Assembly: GCA_964399335.1 (NCBI GenBank)
Contig: CAYNQI010000017.1
Location: 1-21,194, forward strand
Direction: 5' to 3'
DNA length: 21,194 bases
Origin: an uncultured Thermoplasmata archaeon
Lineage (GTDB): Archaea; Thermoplasmatota; Thermoplasmata; Halarchaeoplasmatales; Halarchaeoplasmataceae
Shown: positions 7,959 through 14,947 of the stretch, in pieces
Position numbering within the stretch: position 1 is the stretch's first letter
How the letters are laid out: each line of letters begins with the position of its first letter
The notes under the pieces: generated by a model
What the model saw: the letters and a program-made list of their open reading frames with translations, nothing else
Told to the model about the DNA's origin: nothing
The model's database searches: none
Made by a program: the position numbers and the translations under genes

Positions 7959-10900
7959 ATGATTAAAAGAGTGAGCGAAAGCAAAGATAAAGAAGAAGTT
8001 TTAGAACTTATGGAACCATTGATCGCTGAGTGGTTTGATGATAAATTCGATTCATTGACAGAACCACAAGGATATGCCATCCCGTTGATCCATGAGATGA
8101 AGAATGTTTTAGTTTCATCACCCACCGGTTCAGGTAAGACCTTGACTGCATTTTTATCCATAATAAATGAACTTTTCAAATTAGATAAAAAAGGAGAGTT
8201 AGAAGATAAAATATACTGTGTTTATGTATCTCCATTGAAAGCATTAGCCAATGATATACATAAGAATCTAGAGAAGCCTTTACAAGAGATAAAAAATTTA
8301 GCGGAAGAAAAAGAAGTAAAAGTACCTGAAATAAAGACCGCTATCAGGTCCGGTGATACTTCTCAGAAGGAAAGAAGGAAGATGGTGACGGATCCTCCTC
8401 ATATCTTTATCACTACACCAGAAAGCCTAGGTTTAGTGCTTTCATCCCCTAAGTTCAGAGAAAAATTTGATGATGTGAAGTATTTCATCATGGATGAGAT
8501 ACATGACATCTGTTCTTCCAAAAGAGGTGTTTTCCTTTCACTAAATACAGAGAGACTAGAGGAACATGTAAAAGGTAACATGACCAGGATCGGACTGTCC
8601 GCAACTCAAGCACCTATTGAAGAGATAGCTAAGTACTTGGGTGGTTTTGAGAAAGGTGATCCTAGAGGAGTTAATATAATCGAAGTTACTGGTGAAAAAA
8701 AGAGACTGGATCTATCCGTGATATCTCCTGTAGATGATATGACCTTACTACCCTATGAAGTAGTAAACTCCCGTATGTACGATACCTTAACAGAGAAGGT
8801 TGAGGACCATAGAACTACTCTTATATTCACTAACACTAGAAGCGGTGCTGAGAACGTTTCATACAAACTCCAGGAGAGAGGTATTCAAGATATTGCCGCT
8901 CATCACGGTAGTTTAAGTAAGGAAACAAGGATCGATGTAGAAGACGATCTAAAAAATGGTGAACTCACCTCTGCGGTATCTTCTACTTCTTTAGAATTAG
9001 GTATAGATGTTGGATATATCGATTTAGTTATTCAGGTCGGTTCTCCCAAATCCGTGGCTAAAGGTCTACAAAGAGTAGGTAGAGCGGGTCACGCAGTAGG
9101 TAAAACATCAAAAGGTAGGATGATCGTATTTGAGAAGGACGATCTCGTGGAATGTTCAGTTTTGACAAAACAGGCTTACGAACATAAGATCGACCGGGTT
9201 GACATACCTAGAAATAATTTAGATGTGCTTTCTCAAGGTATCATAGGAATGAGTTTGGAAAAAAGATGGGGTGTTGACGAAGCCTTCGAGATGATACGTA
9301 AAGCCTATTGTTATCAGGATTTACAAAAAGAAGATTATCTTAATGTTATTGATTTCCTAAGCGGGAATAGATTCGAAAATGTTTATCCGAAGATATGGTA
9401 CAACTCTGAGGAAGGCGTATTTGGTAAAAAGGGTGGTGTTCAGATGATATATTATCTTAACATCGGCACTATCCCTTCCGATTCGAATTACAGAGTTTAT
9501 TCGAACAAAGGCGTACCTCTTGGAAAATTATCGGAAAAATTTGTCGAAAGGTTGTCCCATGGCGATGTTTTCGTACTGGGTGGTCATTCCTACGAGTTCT
9601 TAAACACCAAAGGAACTAGATTATTTGTGAAAGATGCATCGGGTAAGAAACCGACTGTCCCTAGTTGGACCGGAGAGATGCTGCCTAGGAGTTTTGACCT
9701 TTCCGTAGCTATCGGAGAATTTAGAAGAAAACTCGCCGACCGTATCGAGGATGATGAAGTTTTAGATTGGCTTATGGAAGATTTCTGTATCGATAAAGGT
9801 TCTGCTCAAACTATACTCAGTTATTTTAAAGAGCAATTAGGATTCATGGAAGAACTCCCATCGGATAAGCAATTAGTCTTGGAAGGCTTTGTAGATCAAA
9901 AAGGTCATCACAATATCATTTTCCATGCTTGTTTTGGAAGAAGGGTCAATGATGCCTTGTCGAGAGCCTTTGCCTATAAGATCTCTAAGAGGTTTAACTG
10001 CACTACAAACGTTTCAGTTACTGACGATAATTTTATGATATCAGTCAAGAAAAAGATACCATTGAAAGAAGTATCTAAATTGGTGACGTCTGAGAACATT
10101 GAACGCATCCTTAAAAGAGCAGTACGCAATACAGAGATGTTCAAGCAGAGATTCAGGCATTGTGCTAGTAGAGCGATGATGATACTTAGGAATTACAAAG
10201 GCCGTGACATATCAGTTTCTAAACAGAAATACAGGTCAAAAAAGATATTGAATGTTCTTCATAGTCAAGACGATTTCCCAATAATCAAAGAGACTTACAA
10301 TGAGATACTTTACCAGGTTTTAGATATGGGGAACGCTAGAGAAGTTTTAAACAGGATCGAAAAAGGGGATATGGATATAAAAACAATCGATTATAATGAC
10401 ACGCCATCCCCGTTTGCCCATAACATCATAATGGCTGGTATATCAGATGTTATTATGATGGACGATAAAAGTGCACTTTTAAGGCAGTTCCATCAGAAGG
10501 TACTAGAGGAAGTTATACCAGAAGAAGAAATCGAGAAATTCAAGTTCGATGCAGAAAAGGTTGAAACTCACTATTTTGATAAGAAACCAGAGTATAATAA
10601 TAAAGAGGATATGTTGCAGACTATAAAGGAACTGCAACCGATCCATGTTTTCAAGGAAAAGGGAGAAAATGTATACCAATTAACTGAAATATCATTTGAA
10701 GAAGTCAAGAATTGGGGTAAAGAATTACTGAATGAAGGTAAGATTCAATCGGTATGGGTTGGTGATGTTAAATACGTTTCATCGGATTATTTAGACACGA
10801 TTTTATATACACTCGATCAAGGCGAACAGCCTCATGGAGCGGGACCTATCTTGGATTCACTCAAGTCTGAACCAAAAACAATTAGGTCCATCTATGAAAC

Positions 10901-13346
10901 AACCGAGTTGAGATTAAAAGATATCAAAAATATTATCAGAGATCTAGAGAGGAAGAGGCTTGTGAATAGACGGGGTATCACTGATGAAGGTGAGTATCTC
11001 TATGGATTACTGGATAAAAATGACATCGATATTAAAAAGGTTGAAGAGCTCATAATGGATTATCTTGAATATCACAGACCACAAGGTTTAGAAGAGATAG
11101 CTTATGCACTATCACTACCTGAAGATAGGGCTTTGTTGGCTTTAAATAATTTAGTGGATCGGAATAAAGTCATATCTGGTAAGTTGGTGGTTGGTGAAGG
11201 AAAACAATACATGCTCAAAGAAGATTACCATTCATTAAGATTCCCCGGAAAAGAACAGATCAGCGAGAAAAAAGTAGAACAATATTTGATAGAGAAGAAA
11301 TTTTCAAAGCTAGATAATATCAGGGAATATTTTGAACTATTTGGAGAAGCTGGCATGTCCTATGATGTGTATAAAAGAGTTAAGGATTTTTCCTTAGATA
11401 AATGGGATGAGATGAGGAGAAGCAGTGAGATCGTAGAGGGGAGGTTCGTAAGAGGACGTGTTAGATACGTTTTGAAAGAAGATGTTCCTATGTATGTCGG
11501 GGCTTATAGGGATAGAGATCTAGATGAAAATGAAGAAAGAGTCTTCAATGTTATCAAGAAAGGAGATGCAAATACCCTTAGAGAGATCAAAAGGGAAGTG
11601 AACCTTAAAAATGATCAGATCAAGGAGATAGTGAAAGAGCTTGATAAAAATCTATACCTTAAAAGGGAATATACTGGCGATGATTCATGGTCTTCCAGAA
11701 ACCGATATAAACCGATAGAGGTTGAACCATTACCACGTGAAAAGGCCATGGAAGAAGTGGTCAAAAGGTTCTTAAAAGGAAATGGTCCAATTTCGATATC
11801 AGATCTACGATATCAAACTCGTTTCCATGGTAGAGAAGTAGAATCCATAATTTCAAAATTGATAAGAGAAGATAAACTAACCAAGGTTCGAGTGGGAACT
11901 TCTCAGAGGGAAATGTATATCCTATCTGAAGAGTTAGATCAACTCAAATCAGTTAAGGCTGAGGATGCTAAACAGTTGGATATCGTTTCTAAAAAAGACC
12001 CTGCAGCACGATCCATATGGACTGATATATACGCAAGATACGGCGACGACTGGGTTTTCCCGGTGATGAAAAACGGGTCTATGGCAGGTGCTATAGAGAA
12101 ATGGAACATGAGTGGATGCATCGAGATAAGGCACATAGACCTTGATGATGAAGATGATCTAGAAGATACATTAGATTCTATAGAAGAGATGATGGGATAC
12201 CATAGGTTAGAAGGATATGATATTGTTAGGATCCGCAATTTCCAAAACACCCCTGTCGATGAACTCGAGGATAGTGTGCTAAATATCTTCAAGAATAAAG
12301 GATATCAAATGATCCAAGGGATGCTAGTAAAAGGTAATATTTTAAATAAAGTATATTCAGAAGAAGAGTTGATGTCTTATGTTTTCCACAGACAAAGATT
12401 AGATGGTGATAAGTATACTGGAATCAAAGAAGCCTTAGGATCCATGAAAGGTGCCCGTTCTGACTATGAGATCAGATCTAGAACCGAAGGATTTTACTCA
12501 CTAGAATGGCTCCATAAAAGAGGTGAAGTTTATTCTGGTCAAATGATCCCACCGTACCATATGTATGCATTTCCAAAAGATATAGCTGTTTATAAATCTG
12601 CTAAGGATGTGGAACCAAACAATGTAGATAAAACCATTTTAGAGATCATATCTAATAAATCACCAGTCCCCTCACGTACTATTCATCATAGGTCACCCTA
12701 CAGTAAAGATAAAACTGAAGAATCCATAAAGAAACTTTACAGTGGACTTCACATTTGCAAGAACCATGATAACCGGTACGTTTTGACCGTGAATAATCCA
12801 ATCAACAGTAAAAAGGCGAAGAAAAAGGTAGTAAAGTGGGTTTTCGATAGTTTTGGAGTTTTCACTGCTGAAAGATTATCTAGCTATCTAGGTTCTTCTT
12901 TTAAGATGGCCGATTTGAGGGATATACTATCAGAATTAGTCGATGAGGATTATTTGATTAAGGGATTCTTAAAAGAGAACAGCGATAAGGTTCATTGGAT
13001 GCTATCGGAAGGAATAGAGAACATATCTGATATTCGATTTGATAAACATGTTGTGATAACTCAAAAAGACAGGCTAAATCTTTATTTTAGAGATCGAATA
13101 AAAGATGAGTTTAACCTAGGTACATGTTTCGTTGTTTTTAAAGGTACAGACCTCGTTGCAGCTTTCAACGCATCGATAAAGAACGGTATGCTCAATATAA
13201 AAGAATATGAAGGCCCAGAAAAGTACCGTAGAGTGATCAAAAAGTGGGCTTTCGAAAATAATATGAGTATAAAGCGAAAGAAAAAAAAGAAAAGGGTTTC
13301 AGACTATGAGATCCAGAAATGGTATGAGAGGACTAGAGGTATCTGA
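7959..13346 (+). CDS. lhr: Lhr-family SF2 ATP-dependent helicase with long C-terminal winged-helix extension
   Basis: Q-motif LTEPQ, Walker A SPTGSGKT, YVSPLKALANDI, TTPESL, Walker B DEIH, SAT, HHGSLS, TSSLELGIDVG, motif VI QRVGRAGH, and the Lhr-specific IGTIP and PTVPSWTGE. The core ends near aa 850 and is followed by about 940 extra residues. Confidence 0.93.
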   Translation: MIKRVSESKDKEEVLELMEPLIAEWFDDKFDSLTEPQGYAIPLIHEMKNVLVSSPTGSGKTLTAFLSIINELFKLDKKGELEDKIYCVYVSPLKALANDIHKNLEKPLQEIKNLAEEKEVKVPEIKTAIRSGDTSQKERRKMVTDPPHIFITTPESLGLVLSSPKFREKFDDVKYFIMDEIHDICSSKRGVFLSLNTERLEEHVKGNMTRIGLSATQAPIEEIAKYLGGFEKGDPRGVNIIEVTGEKKRLDLSVISPVDDMTLLPYEVVNSRMYDTLTEKVEDHRTTLIFTNTRSGAENVSYKLQERGIQDIAAHHGSLSKETRIDVEDDLKNGELTSAVSSTSLELGIDVGYIDLVIQVGSPKSVAKGLQRVGRAGHAVGKTSKGRMIVFEKDDLVECSVLTKQAYEHKIDRVDIPRNNLDVLSQGIIGMSLEKRWGVDEAFEMIRKAYCYQDLQKEDYLNVIDFLSGNRFENVYPKIWYNSEEGVFGKKGGVQMIYYLNIGTIPSDSNYRVYSNKGVPLGKLSEKFVERLSHGDVFVLGGHSYEFLNTKGTRLFVKDASGKKPTVPSWTGEMLPRSFDLSVAIGEFRRKLADRIEDDEVLDWLMEDFCIDKGSAQTILSYFKEQLGFMEELPSDKQLVLEGFVDQKGHHNIIFHACFGRRVNDALSRAFAYKISKRFNCTTNVSVTDDNFMISVKKKIPLKEVSKLVTSENIERILKRAVRNTEMFKQRFRHCASRAMMILRNYKGRDISVSKQKYRSKKILNVLHSQDDFPIIKETYNEILYQVLDMGNAREVLNRIEKGDMDIKTIDYNDTPSPFAHNIIMAGISDVIMMDDKSALLRQFHQKVLEEVIPEEEIEKFKFDAEKVETHYFDKKPEYNNKEDMLQTIKELQPIHVFKEKGENVYQLTEISFEEVKNWGKELLNEGKIQSVWVGDVKYVSSDYLDTILYTLDQGEQPHGAGPILDSLKSEPKTIRSIYETTELRLKDIKNIIRDLERKRLVNRRGITDEGEYLYGLLDKNDIDIKKVEELIMDYLEYHRPQGLEEIAYALSLPEDRALLALNNLVDRNKVISGKLVVGEGKQYMLKEDYHSLRFPGKEQISEKKVEQYLIEKKFSKLDNIREYFELFGEAGMSYDVYKRVKDFSLDKWDEMRRSSEIVEGRFVRGRVRYVLKEDVPMYVGAYRDRDLDENEERVFNVIKKGDANTLREIKREVNLKNDQIKEIVKELDKNLYLKREYTGDDSWSSRNRYKPIEVEPLPREKAMEEVVKRFLKGNGPISISDLRYQTRFHGREVESIISKLIREDKLTKVRVGTSQREMYILSEELDQLKSVKAEDAKQLDIVSKKDPAARSIWTDIYARYGDDWVFPVMKNGSMAGAIEKWNMSGCIEIRHIDLDDEDDLEDTLDSIEEMMGYHRLEGYDIVRIRNFQNTPVDELEDSVLNIFKNKGYQMIQGMLVKGNILNKVYSEEELMSYVFHRQRLDGDKYTGIKEALGSMKGARSDYEIRSRTEGFYSLEWLHKRGEVYSGQMIPPYHMYAFPKDIAVYKSAKDVEPNNVDKTILEIISNKSPVPSRTIHHRSPYSKDKTEESIKKLYSGLHICKNHDNRYVLTVNNPINSKKAKKKVVKWVFDSFGVFTAERLSSYLGSSFKMADLRDILSELVDEDYLIKGFLKENSDKVHWMLSEGIENISDIRFDKHVVITQKDRLNLYFRDRIKDEFNLGTCFVVFKGTDLVAAFNASIKNGMLNIKEYEGPEKYRRVIKKWAFENNMSIKRKKKKKRVSDYEIQKWYERTRGI

Positions 13347-14216
13347 TCACAACTTGATCTTTGAGCCCACGGTTGAAGATTCGTGAACTTTTAAGTTCTT
13401 TGCTTTTACCTTATCTATTTTACATCCAGGACCTATCCTGACTTCGTCACCTTCAACATTTTCAGCACGAGTGTTTTCGAGATAAATTTTACCACCGATT
13501 ATACTTTCGCATTTCAAAGTTCCCTTCTTGAACATCGAGAAAAAGCCACTTCCACCTCGTTCAACGAGAACATCTCCACCTTTCACATGTTTTATAGAAC
13601 AATCTCCACCGGGCTTTAGTATGATCTCCTGAGCTTCTAATGTACCTAGTATCTTAAACGCACCACTTGCGGTAAATGACTTAGCAGTTACGTTCATCTC
13701 CATCTTCAGAGCTCCAGAAGATGAGAATTCGTCTACATCTACATCAGTTTCAAATTTTGATGACCCGTTTGATTTTATCTTTTTGGCCTTTACATTTCCT
13801 TCAAACTTGCTTGCTCCTGAGAGTTCCATCTGGTCAGCTTCGGTTCCGCCTTCAACTTTGAAACTACCACTTGAAACTAGATCTCCCAACAATGCATCGC
13901 CTTCAACTTTAGTTGCTCCGGAGATCTTTGCGTGTTCTGCTTTAAGGTATCCTTCTACCTTTGAAGCTCCTGAAGCACTGAACGATACACAGTTGACATC
14001 AGCGGCTTTAGAAGCCCCAGTGAGTGAAACTTTTTTTGTTTTACCTTCTGTTTCTATCGGTTCATCATCAGTTTCGATCTCTTCATCATCCTCAAATTCT
14101 TCCTCATCTAAACTTTCTTGAGCTTCGTATCTACTTTTAATTTTCTTGTAAGTGTCTTCTGATATCTCACCATCTGCAAGCCTTTTTTCGAGTTTTCTTA
14201 ACATTTCTTCATCCAT
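13347..14216 (-). CDS. Bactofilin-like (YhbE/YhbF-type polymer-forming beta-helix) protein with N-terminal SHOCT-like helix pair and acidic linker
   Basis: Eight 17-aa SG[AS]xK[VF]EG repeats, then GTLKCESIIGGKIYLENTRAENVEGDEVRIGPGCKIDKV, which resembles my recollection of the Bacillus YhbE/YhbF C-terminus. Start placed at ATG 14216 because GGTGA precedes it; the ORF track uses GTG 14225. Confidence 0.7.
   Translation of the reverse strand: MDEEMLRKLEKRLADGEISEDTYKKIKSRYEAQESLDEEEFEDDEEIETDDEPIETEGKTKKVSLTGASKAADVNCVSFSASGASKVEGYLKAEHAKISGATKVEGDALLGDLVSSGSFKVEGGTEADQMELSGASKFEGNVKAKKIKSNGSSKFETDVDVDEFSSSGALKMEMNVTAKSFTASGAFKILGTLEAQEIILKPGGDCSIKHVKGGDVLVERGGSGFFSMFKKGTLKCESIIGGKIYLENTRAENVEGDEVRIGPGCKIDKVKAKNLKVHESSTVGSKIKL
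13620..14027 (-). repeat. Eight tandem 17-codon beta-helix repeats inside the bactofilin-like gene
   Basis: SLTGASKAADVNCVSFS / ASGASKVEGYLKAEHAK / ISGATKVEGDALLGDLV / SSGSFKVEGGTEADQME / LSGASKFEGNVKAKKIK / SNGSSKFETDVDVDEFS / SSGALKMEMNVTAKSFT / ASGAFKILGTLEAQEII. Confidence 0.85.
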
Positions 14217-14309
14217 CTTCATCACCTTTTTAATACAGATATATAGCCTGAAATATTTATACTTATTTTGAAAATAATATTGGTTAAAGTGAAACTCAGT
14301 GTAGATAAC

Positions 14310-14327
14310 TTCAACTTGAAAGTTGAA
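14310..14327. promoter_or_regulatory. Perfect inverted repeat, candidate operator in the divergent promoter region
   Basis: TTCAACT-TGAA-AGTTGAA (7-4-7) between the bactofilin-like gene and the ArsR-type regulator. Confidence 0.55.
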
Positions 14328-14355
14328 AAAGTCCGAGATTGAAAAATCTAAATAG

Positions 14356-14829
14356 GTGGTTTATAATATTGATGTGATGAAGGAGTTCACTGAAAAACTA
14401 CTCAGATTATTCAGCTCTAAGACAAGATGCAGGATAATCGATATGCTCAACAGCGGTTATGACCATCCTGAAGATATTGCTGAGGATTTAGATATGACTA
14501 GACAGGCAGTGGATAAACATCTGATTGAACTCCACGATTGGGGGTTGGTGGAAAGGAATGCTATTTTTCCACATGATGGTAGGCCAAAGATCATCTACGA
14601 GTTGACTAGGGAATGTAAACAATTAGCACAAGTTTTCGATAGAATAGGTGATAAGTACAGAAGCTCAATGATCAACAGGGCTGAAAAAGAGATGGAACAG
14701 CTCGATATCAAACTAGCAGAAGGAGAGATAGCTGAGAAGATCTATGACAAAAAGATACAAGAGATCAAGAAACGCTGGAATTATGAAGTATTAACAGAAG
14801 GGTTACAAGATAAAGACGAAAATAATTAA
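14356..14829 (+). CDS. ArsR/HTH_20-type winged-helix transcriptional regulator with C-terminal SHOCT-like motif
   Basis: SKTRCRIIDML...PEDIAEDLDMTRQAVDKHLIELHDWGLVER...GRPKIIYELT is a wHTH; the C-terminus reads LDIKLAEGEIAEKIYDKK. The start could be GTG 14356 or ATG 14377. Confidence 0.85.
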   Translation: MVYNIDVMKEFTEKLLRLFSSKTRCRIIDMLNSGYDHPEDIAEDLDMTRQAVDKHLIELHDWGLVERNAIFPHDGRPKIIYELTRECKQLAQVFDRIGDKYRSSMINRAEKEMEQLDIKLAEGEIAEKIYDKKIQEIKKRWNYEVLTEGLQDKDENN

Positions 14830-14866
14830 TAGTGTTTCACGATAAGCTCTTTACATATGACTAAAT

Positions 14867-14938
14867 GCCACTGTGGCTTAGAGGCATAGCGATTCCTTGG
14901 TAAGGAATAGGTCGCGGGTTCGACTCCCGCCAGTGGCT
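14867..14938 (+). tRNA. tRNA-Thr(GGT), intronless, CCA not encoded
   Basis: Acceptor stem GCCACTG/CAGTGGC, anticodon stem ATTCC/GGAAT with loop TT-GGT-AA (anticodon 14899-14901), T-arm GCGGG-TTCGACT-CCCGC, discriminator T. Confidence 0.97.
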
Positions 14939-14947
14939 TCCTAGTTA

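Noticed and set aside
2218-12292. Short ORFs overlapping hyuA, hyuB, the kbl-like, creatininase-family and lhr genes (2218..2541, 2457..2639, 3793..4149, 5140..5409, 5337..5642, 5546..5767, 5730..5942, 5956..6779 set, 7121..7333, 7658..7843, 7874..8179, 8399..8581, 11939..12292, 11949..12134)
   Set aside because: Off-frame or antisense shadows of well-supported genes, with Ser/Phe/Ile-rich composition typical of the reverse complement of acidic-protein codons.
13283-13289. A-AAA-AAG slippery heptamer near the lhr 3' end
   Set aside because: Explained by the Lys-rich tail KRKKKKKR; only about 19 codons remain and no stimulatory structure is evident.
13783-14121. Plus-strand ORF 13783..14121
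   Set aside because: Antisense to the bactofilin-like gene; its poly-Ser tail mirrors the acidic linker codons.
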